DNA from: Kiritimatiellia bacterium
GTDB lineage: Bacteria; Verrucomicrobiota; Kiritimatiellia; RFP12; JBMNHG01
Length of the DNA stretch: 52,886 nucleotides
Direction: 5' to 3'
NCBI GenBank assembly: GCA_050950285.1
Contig: JBMNHG010000001.1
Span: 1 to 52,886, forward strand
Every line of letters begins with the position of its first letter. Position 1 is the first letter of the stretch. This document shows, piece after piece, positions 9,111 to 18,167 of the stretch. The notes below the pieces were generated by a model. The model made no database searches and was not told the DNA's origin. It saw only the letters and a list, made by a program, of their open reading frames with translations. The position numbers and the translations under genes are program-made.

Positions 9111-10361
9111 ATGAAACGCAAGACCCAGAACACGTTTATCCTGGCACTGATCTATCTGGCCGTCGCGGCGGCGGGCTGGTTTGGCGGACGCATGGCCACG
9201 GGCCTGACGCCCCTGCGCAGCGGGATGAACGGCCTGCAGGTGGCCGGTGTCGTGGCCTTCGTGCTCGCTTGTACCGCCCTCTTTTCGCTGGCGACGCAGC
9301 TGGTCTTCAAGCTCCGCCGCCGTCCGGCGGTCGAGGGCTTCATGCTGGCGCGCCTCTACTGGCTGGTGGCGGCCCTTGTCGCCATCGGGGCCATCGCCTA
9401 CGGCTTCGGCGTGCTCGGCACCTTCGGAACGGCCTTCAGCATGTTCGGCGGCATGCTGCTGGGCTGGTCGCTGCAGGCGCCCGTGAGCGGCTTCGCCGCC
9501 TGGGTGCTCGTCTCGCTCAAGCGTCCCTTCCGCCCGGGAGACCGGGTGCAGTTCCCCAGCCTGGGGCTGACCGGCGACATCATGGAGATCGGCCCGATGT
9601 ACACGGTGCTCAACCAGGTCGGGGGCTCGATCGCCAGCGAAGAGGCCGTCGGCCGCCACATCCTCGTTCCCAACGCCATGCTCTTCGGGCAGGTGGTCAT
9701 CAACTATACCGCCACGCGCGAGGCCTCGTTCATGCTCGACGAGGTGGTCGTGCGCATCACCTACGACTCCGACTGGCGCGCCGCCGAAAAGATCCTGCTC
9801 GACGCCGCCAAGGACGTGACGGCGGATGTGATCGAGGTGACCAAGGAGGAGCCCTACATCCGGGCCGACCTCTACGACTACGGCGTCTACCTGCGCCTTC
9901 GCTACCGCACGCGGGTCAAGGATCGCGCCGAGACCAGCTACCTGATCAACAAGCGCATCTTCGAGAAGGTCCAGCGCACGCCGACCGTCGACCTGGCGAT
10001 TCCCTACATCTACTCCTACCGCTCGGGCCACGACCGTCGCACCGACGAGGCGCGCCGCGGCGCCCAGGACGCCGGGGTGCAGCAGATCGAGATCGCGCGC
10101 ATCCGGCCCGGACCGACCAAGCCGGATTCGCAGGACGTCGAGCAGCTGTCGCGCAGCATCGCCGCCGAAGGGCTGTTGCAGCCGGTCATCCTCGCGCTGG
10201 ACGGCGCCAGCGGCGAATACGAGGTGCTGGCGGGCGAGCTGCGCCTCGAGGCCTGCCGCCACCTCGGCTGGACGAAGGTGCCGGCGCTGATCCACCGCGC
10301 CGGCACGCCCGGGGCGGCCGGCATGGCCGAACCGCCCGACAGCGGCGCGCCCGCGCCGTAG
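9111..10361 (+). CDS. MscS-family mechanosensitive channel fused to a C-terminal ParB/Srx-like domain
   Basis: 416 aa. N-terminal TM helices; MscS beta-domain KRPFRPGDRVQ...GDIMEIGPMYTVL...ILVPNAMLF...INYT; MscS C-domain VRITYDSD...LAIP; then a ParB N-terminal-like segment IEIARIRP...LSRSIAAEGLLQPVIL...YEVLAGELRLEACRHLGWTKVPALI. Confidence 0.85.
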   Translation: MKRKTQNTFILALIYLAVAAAGWFGGRMATGLTPLRSGMNGLQVAGVVAFVLACTALFSLATQLVFKLRRRPAVEGFMLARLYWLVAALVAIGAIAYGFGVLGTFGTAFSMFGGMLLGWSLQAPVSGFAAWVLVSLKRPFRPGDRVQFPSLGLTGDIMEIGPMYTVLNQVGGSIASEEAVGRHILVPNAMLFGQVVINYTATREASFMLDEVVVRITYDSDWRAAEKILLDAAKDVTADVIEVTKEEPYIRADLYDYGVYLRLRYRTRVKDRAETSYLINKRIFEKVQRTPTVDLAIPYIYSYRSGHDRRTDEARRGAQDAGVQQIEIARIRPGPTKPDSQDVEQLSRSIAAEGLLQPVILALDGASGEYEVLAGELRLEACRHLGWTKVPALIHRAGTPGAAGMAEPPDSGAPAP

Positions 10362-10412
10362 CCCGCCGCGAACCAGCGCCCCGACATCCCCGCCCCCGTT
10401 CCGCATGCCGCC

Positions 10413-12578
10413 ATGAAAATCCTCAACTTCGGCTCGGTCAACATCGACCACGTCTACCACGTTCCCCGCTTCCTGCAACCCGGCGAGACGATGGCCGCGG
10501 CCTCCTCCGCGCGCTTCCCCGGCGGCAAGGGCTTCAACCAGAGCGTGGCGCTTGCCCGCGCCGGCGCCAGGGTCTTCCACGCCGGACACGTTGGCGCGGA
10601 CGGCGCGTGGCTCGTCGATTTCCTTCGCGCCGAAGGGGTCGATACGACATTCCTCACGCCGGTGGATGCGCCGACGGGCCATGCCATCATCCAGGTCGAC
10701 CCCTCCGGCCAGAACTGCATCCTTCTCGACGGCGGCGCGAACCGGCGCCTCGCGGCGGACGACGTCCGCGCCGCGCTCGCGGGTGCCGCCATCGGCCCCG
10801 GCGACGTCGTTCTCCTGCAGAACGAGACCTCCGCCACGGCGGAGATCCTCTCCCTCTCCGCCGCCACCGGCGCCACGGTGGCCTTCAACGCCGCGCCCAT
10901 GGGGGAGGAGGTGGCCGGCCTCCCGCTGGACAAGGTGGGGCTCTTCATCGTGAACGAACTCGAAGGGGCCGCCCTGTGCGGCACGCCGGAAGAGACCGAT
11001 GGCGGGAAGATCCTCGATCGCCTGCGCACGAAGTTCCCGGAGGCGGACATCCTTCTCACGCTGGGCGCCTCCGGCAGCCTCTACGGCCCGCACGCCGACC
11101 GGCCCGCCGTGCACGCCTTCCCCGCGCAAAGCGCGCGCGTGGCGGACACCACCGCCGCGGGCGACACCTTCACCGGCTACTTCCTTGCCGCGCGCGCCGA
11201 AGGCGCCGGCCCCGTCTCCGCGCTGGACATCGCCACGCGCGCGGCGGCCGTGTGCGTCTCGCGGCCGGGCGCCGCGCCCTCCATCCCGCGCCGCGACGAA
11301 CTGGCGGCGCCGTGGGACGACACCCTGTTGCGCGGCGTCTGCGACCGCGACCCCGTCTCCTACGCAACGGGCGACCCCATCGTCTTCACGCTGCGCTTCG
11401 AGAATCCGCCCGAAGCCCGCCACGCGGAGGGCTGCGAAGTGCGCTGGCGCCTCGAGGGCGACGACGGCGCGACCGCTTCGGGCGCCGTCCCCGCCGCGGA
11501 CGTGATCGCCGCGCCGCTGGAGATTCGCGCATCCCTTGCCTGCCCCGGCTTCGTCCGCCTCCGCGCCGTCCTGCATGGGCCCGACGGACGCCCCGTCTGC
11601 CATCCTCTCCGGAACGAGGAATGGTGGGAGCCGCTGATCGCCTTCGACGGCGGCGCGGGCGCGGACATCGACGCACTCCGCGCCGAGCCGGAACCCGCCG
11701 ACTTCGATGCGTTCTGGGAGCGGCAGAAGGCGAAACTCGCCACCGTTCCCGTGCGCGCGGAGCGCGTGGAGGCGGCTTCGCCCGACCCGGCGCTGCGGAT
11801 GTTCGCGGTGACGGTCGACTGCCCCGGCCCCCGCCCCGTCACGGGCTACCTCTCCATGCCGGCCGGCGCCTCGCCCGCAAACACCTTCCCCGCGCAGGTC
11901 TTCTTCCAGGGCTACGGGATGAACGCGCCCGCGCCCGACCGCGTCTCCCAGCCGCTTCCCCGCGACGCCATCCGCTTCGAGATCAACGCCCATGGCGTGG
12001 ACCTCGGCCGCGACGACTACCGCTACTACAACGACTTCTTCATGGCGCTCTTCTCCAACGGGTACCCCTACGGCTTCGACCCGGAGCAGAACCGGGATCC
12101 CGAGACCGCCTACTTCGCCGCGATGGCCCTGCGCGTGCTGCGCGCGCTCGAATACGTGCGGACGCTTCCCGAGTGGAACCGGAAAGACCTCGTCGCGCTC
12201 GGCGGAAGCCAGGGCGGCCTGCAGGCGATGTGGGCGGCGGGACTCGACCCCCGGGTGACCGAGGCCTACCCCGACATCCCATGGTGCTGCGACCTGGCGG
12301 GCGTCACCGCGAACCGCATGGCCTCGCCATGGCGCATCCCGTACGTGCCCGGCATCGACTACTTCGACCCCGTCCACCACGCCCGGCGCGTCCGTTGCCC
12401 CGTCCACATCCCGCGCGCCGGCCTGGGCGACTACACCTGCCCGCCCTCCGGCATCGCCATCCTCTACAACAACCTCGCCCGCGCGAAATCCATCCGCTGG
12501 GTCCAAGGCTCGCAGCACGGCTACATCCCGCCCGAACCCAACCAGGAAGCCTTCCGCGAGGCCGCCGGCCCGGAGTGA
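10413..12578 (+). CDS. PfkB/ribokinase fused to an acetyl xylan esterase (CE7-like)
   Basis: 721 aa. Ribokinase motifs GSVNID, PGGKGFNQ, LLQNE, NELE, DTTAAGDTF. Esterase half PEPADFDAFWE, GGSQGG (Ser), LGDYTCPP (Asp), GSQHG (His). Confidence 0.85.
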   Translation: MKILNFGSVNIDHVYHVPRFLQPGETMAAASSARFPGGKGFNQSVALARAGARVFHAGHVGADGAWLVDFLRAEGVDTTFLTPVDAPTGHAIIQVDPSGQNCILLDGGANRRLAADDVRAALAGAAIGPGDVVLLQNETSATAEILSLSAATGATVAFNAAPMGEEVAGLPLDKVGLFIVNELEGAALCGTPEETDGGKILDRLRTKFPEADILLTLGASGSLYGPHADRPAVHAFPAQSARVADTTAAGDTFTGYFLAARAEGAGPVSALDIATRAAAVCVSRPGAAPSIPRRDELAAPWDDTLLRGVCDRDPVSYATGDPIVFTLRFENPPEARHAEGCEVRWRLEGDDGATASGAVPAADVIAAPLEIRASLACPGFVRLRAVLHGPDGRPVCHPLRNEEWWEPLIAFDGGAGADIDALRAEPEPADFDAFWERQKAKLATVPVRAERVEAASPDPALRMFAVTVDCPGPRPVTGYLSMPAGASPANTFPAQVFFQGYGMNAPAPDRVSQPLPRDAIRFEINAHGVDLGRDDYRYYNDFFMALFSNGYPYGFDPEQNRDPETAYFAAMALRVLRALEYVRTLPEWNRKDLVALGGSQGGLQAMWAAGLDPRVTEAYPDIPWCCDLAGVTANRMASPWRIPYVPGIDYFDPVHHARRVRCPVHIPRAGLGDYTCPPSGIAILYNNLARAKSIRWVQGSQHGYIPPEPNQEAFREAAGPE

Positions 12579-12586
12579 CCGAACCC

Positions 12587-13351
12587 ATGGAAACCTCCCT
12601 CCCCGAACCGTCGCCCCACCTGCGCGAACCCGCCACGGACAAGCCGCTCAAGCGCGCCATGGACGCGGAGTCGATGCCCCGGGAGATGCTGCTCGCCCAC
12701 GGGCGGCAGGCCCTTTCCGACGCCCAGCTCCTCGCCATCCTCCTGCGCACCGGAACGGTCGGCTGCAACGTGATGGAACTCGCGTCGAAACTCCTCGCCT
12801 ACTACGGCTCGCTCCGCGCCCTCGTGAGCGCCACGCCGGAGGAGCTGCTCGCGCTCCGCCTGCCCGGATTCAGCCGGGCCAAGGCCGTCACCGTCTGCGC
12901 CGCGCTCGAAATCGCCCAGCGCGTGCTCGCCGACCCCGGCGGCACGAAGAAGCCCCTCAAGAACCCCGAAGCGATCGCGGCCCTCCTCCTCCCGCGCCTG
13001 CTCCATCGCAACCAGGAGGTCCTCCTCGCGCTGCCGCTCGACCGGCGGAACCACCTCATCGGACAGCCCGCCGCCATCACCATCGGCACCGTGGACGCCT
13101 CGCTCGCCCACCCCCGCGAAATCTTCCGCCTCTGCGTGCGCCTTTCCGCATCGTCGCTGATCGTGGCGCACAACCATCCCACCGGCGACCCCACGCCCTC
13201 GCGCGAGGACATCCGCACCACGCGCCAGCTCATCGACGCCGGCCAGGTGGTGGGCATCCCCCTCCTCGACCACATCGTCCTCGGCGACCCCGCGACCCAT
13301 CCGCCGGGATACGTGAGCCTCCGCCAGGCGCGCCTCGCCGACTTCGGCTGA
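12587..13351 (+). CDS. radC: RadC/JAB-domain protein (UPF0758)
   Basis: ATG 12587 lies within the long ORF. MPREMLLAHGRQALSDAQLLAILLRTG, HhH region, JAB motif HPREIF...AHNHPTGDPTPSRED...LLDHIV. Confidence 0.9.
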   Translation: METSLPEPSPHLREPATDKPLKRAMDAESMPREMLLAHGRQALSDAQLLAILLRTGTVGCNVMELASKLLAYYGSLRALVSATPEELLALRLPGFSRAKAVTVCAALEIAQRVLADPGGTKKPLKNPEAIAALLLPRLLHRNQEVLLALPLDRRNHLIGQPAAITIGTVDASLAHPREIFRLCVRLSASSLIVAHNHPTGDPTPSREDIRTTRQLIDAGQVVGIPLLDHIVLGDPATHPPGYVSLRQARLADFG

Positions 13352-13419
13352 CGCCCGCCCCGACCCCGCCCCCGCCCCCGCCCCCGCCCCCGCCCCCGCC
13401 CCGCCCCCGCCCCGACCCC
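13352..13419. repeat. C-rich hexamer repeat (CCCCCG)n; G-quadruplex potential on the minus strand
   Basis: About 11 C4-C5 tracts separated by single G or GA fill the radC-uxaC spacer. Confidence 0.9.
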
Positions 13420-13429
13420 ATCCCACGCC

Positions 13430-14836
13430 ATGCCCGCCTTCATCCACGACGACTTCCTCCTCCCGACGCCCGCCTCGCGCACGCTCTTCCACGAGTACGC
13501 CGGGAACGAGCCCATCTTCGACTTCCACTGCCACCTCCCGCCCGCCGAAATCGCCTGCGACCAGCGCTGGGACGACATCGTCCAGGTCTGGCTCGGCGCC
13601 GACCACTACAAATGGCGCGCCATGCGCTCCGACGGCGTGGACGAGCGGCTCGTCACCGGCGACGCCCCCGCCCGGGAGAAATTCCTCGCGTGGGCCGGGA
13701 CGATGGACCACCTGCTCCGCAACCCCCTCTTCGATTGGTCGCACCTCGAACTCGCCCGCTACTTCGGCGTCTTCGACCGCCTTTCCCCCGCCACCGCGGA
13801 ATCGGTCCGGAACCGCTGCAACGACATCCTCGCCCGCCCGGACTTCTCCGCGCGCGGCCTCCTGCTCCGCTCGAAGGTCAAGGCCGTCTGCACCACCGAC
13901 GACCCGGCGGACGACCTCGCCTGCCACGCCGCCATCCGCGATTCCGGCTTTGCCGTGCAGGTCCTCCCCGCCTGGCGCTCCGACAAGGCATCGAAGATCG
14001 ACGACACCGCCGCCTGGAACCTCTGGATGGACCGCCTGGAGGCCGCCGCGGGAAGCGCCGTCCGCACCTGGGACGACTTCCTCGAGGCGCTGGAAAAACG
14101 GCGCGCCGCTTTTTCCGCGGCGGGCTGCCGGATTTCCGACTACGGCGTGGGCGAGATCCCCTGCGTGCCGTACGACGACGGCGAAATCCGCCGCATCTTC
14201 CGCACCGCCCGCACCACGCGCCAGCCCCCCACGCCCGAAGAAACGCAAAAGTTCCAGTCCGCCTGGCTCTACGAAGGCCTCGCGGCCGACGCCCGTTCCG
14301 GGTGGGCCGCGCAACTCCACTTCGGATGCATCCGCAACGCCAACTCCGCCGCCTTCCGCGCCCTCGGCCCGGACACCGGCTTCGACGTGATCGGCGACTG
14401 GCCCGTGGCGCTGCCGCTCGCGCGCCTGCTCGACCGCCTGGAACGCGCGGACGCGCTTCCGCGCCTCACCCTCTACACCCTCAATCCGCGCGACAACGAA
14501 GTCGTCGCCGCCATGATGGGCGCCTTCCAGCGCGGCCCCGTCGCCGGGAAGATCCAGATGGGCGCGGGATGGTGGTTCAACGACCAGAAGGACGGCATGC
14601 TGCGGCAGCTCGAAGCCCTCTCCCAACTGGGCCTGCTCGCGCGCTTCGTGGGGATGGTCACCGACTCCCGCTCGTTCCTGAGCTACACGCGCCACGAGTA
14701 CTTCCGCCGGATCCTCTGCAACCTCCTCGGCCGCGAAATCGAAGACGGCGCCCTCCCTCGCGACTTCCCCTGGATTGGCGGAATCGTGCGCGCCATCTGC
14801 TACCGGAACGCCGCGACCTACTTCAACCTCGGATAG
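13430..14836 (+). CDS. uxaC: Glucuronate isomerase
   Basis: 468 aa. FIHDDFLL, IFDFHCHLPP, DHYKWRAMR, CTTDDP, QLHFG, GAGWWFND, GMVTDSRSFLSYTRHEYFRRILC. Confidence 0.97.
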   Translation: MPAFIHDDFLLPTPASRTLFHEYAGNEPIFDFHCHLPPAEIACDQRWDDIVQVWLGADHYKWRAMRSDGVDERLVTGDAPAREKFLAWAGTMDHLLRNPLFDWSHLELARYFGVFDRLSPATAESVRNRCNDILARPDFSARGLLLRSKVKAVCTTDDPADDLACHAAIRDSGFAVQVLPAWRSDKASKIDDTAAWNLWMDRLEAAAGSAVRTWDDFLEALEKRRAAFSAAGCRISDYGVGEIPCVPYDDGEIRRIFRTARTTRQPPTPEETQKFQSAWLYEGLAADARSGWAAQLHFGCIRNANSAAFRALGPDTGFDVIGDWPVALPLARLLDRLERADALPRLTLYTLNPRDNEVVAAMMGAFQRGPVAGKIQMGAGWWFNDQKDGMLRQLEALSQLGLLARFVGMVTDSRSFLSYTRHEYFRRILCNLLGREIEDGALPRDFPWIGGIVRAICYRNAATYFNLG

Positions 14837-14890
14837 GCGCGCCGCCTTCCCCGCCACCCCATCCCATCCACCCGCTCCAGGACCCGTCCC

Positions 14891-16801
14891 ATGAAACTTC
14901 TCGAAGGACTCCTCGACCATGGCGTGCTGCAGCGCGCCGCGAACAACCTCTCCGCCGCCGTCTTCCGCGGCGAGTGCGACCCCGCCGCCCGCGGCGCGGT
15001 GCTCGCCACCGTGAAGTCGAAGGGGAAGATCCTGGACGGCTTCCGGGACAAGCCCGTGGGCAAGGCGGCCAAGGGCGCCTTCTCCGGCGAGCTGGAGGGC
15101 CTCCCCGCAGGCGGCCCCTACCACGTCTCCCTCGCCATCGCCGACGCCCCGAAGGAACGGTGCGCCGCAAGGGACCTGCTTGTGGGCGACCTCTGGATCG
15201 CCGCCGGGCAGTCCAACATGCAGGGCTGCGGCTGGCTGCGGCATCCGCCCAAGATCGACCCGCTCGTCCGCGCCTTCTACATGACCGACGAGTGGAAGCC
15301 CGCGCGCGACCCCATCCACGACCTCTGGAACGCGGTGGATCCCGTGCACGTGCTGCTCAATGGCGGCGTGCCGCATCCCATCCCCGATCCGCGCTGGGGA
15401 ACCGGGCCCGCCGTCCCGTTCGCGATGGCCATGCGCAAGTCCACGGGCGTCCCGCAGGGCATCGTCGCCTGCGCGCACGGCGGCACGTCGATGGAGCAAT
15501 GGGACCCGGCGCGCGCGCCGGAGGAAGGCACGGGCTGCCTCTACGGCGCGCTGCTGCGCCGCCTCCGCAAGAACGGCGGGAAGGTCGCCGGCATGATCTG
15601 GTATCAGGGATGCAGCGACGCGAACCCCGCCGCCGCCGCCCTCTTCACGCAACGCAACCGGGCGCTCGTGAAGGCGCTCCGCAAGGATTGCCGCAATCCG
15701 ACGCTGCCGGTCGTGATGGTCCAGATCGCGCGCGTCGTGGACGGCGCCGATCCGGACGGGGAGGCCGCGATCGCCTGGGAATCCATCCGCGAGCAGCAGC
15801 GCCTGCTCCCCAGGCGCATCCGCCACCTGCTCGTCGTGCCGGCCATCGACCTCGCGCTGGAGGACAACATCCACCTCTGCGAGGCCGACCAGCACCTGCT
15901 CGGGTGGCGCATCGCCCAGGCGATGTGCTCGATGACGCTCGGCACGAAAGAGGCCGGCCCCGCGCCCATCGAACTCCGCCGCCTGGCCACCGAACCCGAT
16001 TTCCTCGGACGGCTCACCATCCTCGCCGAGTTCGACAACGTGGCCGGCGAACTCACCACCGGCGACGGCGGACCACGCCCCTGCGGCTTCGAGCTTCGCG
16101 GCCCCGTCGGCCACGTCTTCGACGTTCGGCTCGACGGCGCCCGCGCCATCCTCCGCACCGACCTCGGCGGCACCTGCGTCGACGGCGTCTCGGTCGTCTA
16201 CGGCAAGGGATGCGACCCCGTCTGCAACATCGGCGACGAAGCGATGCGCTCGCTCCCCGCCTTCGGGCCCATCCCCATCGGGAAGCCCCGTGCGGTGGAA
16301 ACCGTCCGCAAGGCGCTCGCGAGCGACGTCCTGCCGGGCGCCGGGAAGCTCGAAAAGCTCGCCTTCCCGAAGCCGGCGTCGCGCAAGGGCTGGTCCCTCC
16401 GGGCGATCGACGATTCGGCCCAGGCGGGATTCCTCAACGTCCGCGAGGAGATCGTGAAAACGGCGGGCCGCGATGGCCTGGTGTGGTTCGTGGTCCCGCT
16501 CGATGTCCCGGAGGCCATGAAGCTCGCCTTCGGCCTCGGCTACGACGGGCCCGTCAAGGCGTGGCTCGATGGACGGGAGATCGGCGCCGATCCGGACGGC
16601 GTGAACCCGTGCGTTCCGTGGAAGACGCGGAGCAAGGCCCTTCCCGTCTCCAAGGGCAGGCACGAGCTGCTCGTGGCGCTGGGCACGAATCGGGCCGGCG
16701 CGTGGGGCGTGATGCTTTCCATCGAGCGCGCCGACGTCCCGCCCGCCGTCCTCCGCAAGCGGGATCCCTCCCTCTACCGGATGCCGGCGGTCGCGCTCTA
16801 G
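14891..16801 (+). CDS. Sialate O-acetylesterase (SASA/SGNH) family protein with an extra C-terminal domain
   Basis: 636 aa. VGDLWIAAGQSNM, AHGGTSMEQW, MIWYQGCSD, IREQQ, DNIH. Confidence 0.85.
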   Translation: MKLLEGLLDHGVLQRAANNLSAAVFRGECDPAARGAVLATVKSKGKILDGFRDKPVGKAAKGAFSGELEGLPAGGPYHVSLAIADAPKERCAARDLLVGDLWIAAGQSNMQGCGWLRHPPKIDPLVRAFYMTDEWKPARDPIHDLWNAVDPVHVLLNGGVPHPIPDPRWGTGPAVPFAMAMRKSTGVPQGIVACAHGGTSMEQWDPARAPEEGTGCLYGALLRRLRKNGGKVAGMIWYQGCSDANPAAAALFTQRNRALVKALRKDCRNPTLPVVMVQIARVVDGADPDGEAAIAWESIREQQRLLPRRIRHLLVVPAIDLALEDNIHLCEADQHLLGWRIAQAMCSMTLGTKEAGPAPIELRRLATEPDFLGRLTILAEFDNVAGELTTGDGGPRPCGFELRGPVGHVFDVRLDGARAILRTDLGGTCVDGVSVVYGKGCDPVCNIGDEAMRSLPAFGPIPIGKPRAVETVRKALASDVLPGAGKLEKLAFPKPASRKGWSLRAIDDSAQAGFLNVREEIVKTAGRDGLVWFVVPLDVPEAMKLAFGLGYDGPVKAWLDGREIGADPDGVNPCVPWKTRSKALPVSKGRHELLVALGTNRAGAWGVMLSIERADVPPAVLRKRDPSLYRMPAVAL

Positions 16802-16829
16802 GCGGTCCCTCCCGGCGGCATCCGTCCGC

Positions 16830-17720
16830 TCACGGCCTCGGGTGGAACCGCCGATGGGTCTCCAGCAGGCGCTTCCCTTCCACGTGCGTGTAGATCTGCG
16901 TGGTGGCGATGGTCGCGTGGCCCAGCATCTCCTGGATGACGCGGATCTGCGCGCCGCGCTCCAGCAGGTGCGTCGCGAAGCAATGGCGGAGCGTGTGCGG
17001 ATGGACTCGCCCGGCAAGCCCCGCCTCGCGGGCCCGGCGGACAACCATCTTCCACAGCGCCTGGCGGGTGAAGCCCCCGCCCAAACGGGTCAGGAAGATC
17101 TCCGGGACCTCCTCGCGCCCCTCCGCCAGCCGGGGGCGCGCCTCGGCGAGGTAGCGTTCGATGGCGCTCGCGGCGAGACGCCCCAGCGGGACGATCCGCT
17201 GCTTGCCGCCCTTGCCGCGACAGCGCAGGTAGCCGTCGCCGGGGAAGACGTCTTCGGTCCGGAGCGCGGCGAGTTCGGACACGCGCAGCCCGCAGGCGTA
17301 GAAGGTCTCCAGGATCGCGCGGTCGCGCACGTCCAGCGTGGACTCCCCCGCCGGCGCGGCGAGGAGCGCCACCATCTCGTCGCCGGTAAGCGTCTCCGGG
17401 AGTTCCAGCCCCTTGTGCGGGGCGTGGAGCACCTCCGCGATGTTGGAGGAGATTTCGCCTTCCGACACGAGGAAGGCGAAAAAGACCTTGATGGCCACGA
17501 GACGGCGCGCCGTGGTCGCGGGCGCCATCCCCCGGAAGCGGAGGTCGGAGAGGTAGGCCTGGAGGTCGTCGCGCCGCACGGCCGAAGGCGTGGACACCTT
17601 GCGCCTGGCCAGGAAATCCGCCACGTCCGCGAGGTCGCTGCCGTAGGCGTCGCGGGTGTTCGGGGAAAGGCCGCGCTCGAAGGAGAGGTGGTCGAGAAAC
17701 CTGGCGATGCTGCCCATCAT
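16830..17720 (-). CDS. xerD: Site-specific tyrosine recombinase XerD (XerC/D family)
   Basis: About 296 aa from ATG 17720. FLDHLSFERGLSPNTRDAY, RDRAILETFYACGLRVSEL, GKGGKQRIVP, HPHTLRHCFATHLLERGA, MLGHATIATTQIYTHV. Confidence 0.9.
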   Translation of the reverse strand: MMGSIARFLDHLSFERGLSPNTRDAYGSDLADVADFLARRKVSTPSAVRRDDLQAYLSDLRFRGMAPATTARRLVAIKVFFAFLVSEGEISSNIAEVLHAPHKGLELPETLTGDEMVALLAAPAGESTLDVRDRAILETFYACGLRVSELAALRTEDVFPGDGYLRCRGKGGKQRIVPLGRLAASAIERYLAEARPRLAEGREEVPEIFLTRLGGGFTRQALWKMVVRRAREAGLAGRVHPHTLRHCFATHLLERGAQIRVIQEMLGHATIATTQIYTHVEGKRLLETHRRFHPRP

Positions 17721-18088
17721 GGGTCGGACGCTGGGGCGGTCGCTTCCCGGCACGAGGGCGGAAGGTTGGCGACGGCCTCCGCCGGGGCCTTGAGGTCGTT
17801 CGCATCGAACCCCGCATCGCAAATCGCGTGTTCGAGGTTCTTGCGGCCAAGCTGGAGCGAGTCGTAGGTGACCGTGACCGTGCGCGCCTCGAGGTCGAAG
17901 CGGATCGACTGCCCCTCCACGCCCTTCAGGCGGAGGAGTTCCGTACGGGCCCGCCTTGCGCAGGCCTCGTTGTGGATGCCGGGCGTGGAGATCGTGACGG
18001 TGCGTTCGTCGCGCAGGCGGCACCCCGGCGCAACGGCGAGCAACGCGGCGACCATCCAGAGAGAAAAACGGGTGACAGGACGATTCAT
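17717..18088 (-). CDS. HMA-fold lipoprotein with an atypical metal-binding motif
   Basis: 123 aa. Lipobox APGC; HMA pattern TVTISTPGIHNEAC...LKGV...FDLEARTVTVTYD...LEHAICDAGF; stop overlaps the xerD start (ATGA). Confidence 0.75.
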   Translation of the reverse strand: MNRPVTRFSLWMVAALLAVAPGCRLRDERTVTISTPGIHNEACARRARTELLRLKGVEGQSIRFDLEARTVTVTYDSLQLGRKNLEHAICDAGFDANDLKAPAEAVANLPPSCREATAPASDP

Positions 18089-18167
18089 GGCGGTGTGCGG
18101 GAAAATCCCCCGGGAAACGGGAACGGACAAAGCGGCTGCCGGATCGCATTCCATGCGATACCCAGGC

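Noticed and set aside
10075..10298. ParB-like domain as part of a plasmid or chromosome partition system
   Set aside because: No parA, no HTH domain and no parS palindrome seen; the domain is fused to a membrane channel.
9095..12586. N-terminal 1164 codons of the 1418-aa ORF that ends in RadC
   Set aside because: Arg/Pro-rich off-frame read-through overlapping the MscS-ParB and kinase-esterase genes; only the part from ATG 12587 is RadC.
12587..13351. RadC as a marker of a mobile or anti-defence element
   Set aside because: This is the full-length chromosomal form with N-terminal and HhH regions, among metabolic genes.
16830..17720. Tyrosine recombinase as a prophage or island integrase
   Set aside because: Size and motifs match housekeeping XerD/XerC; no att sites or phage genes nearby; no dif site recognised.
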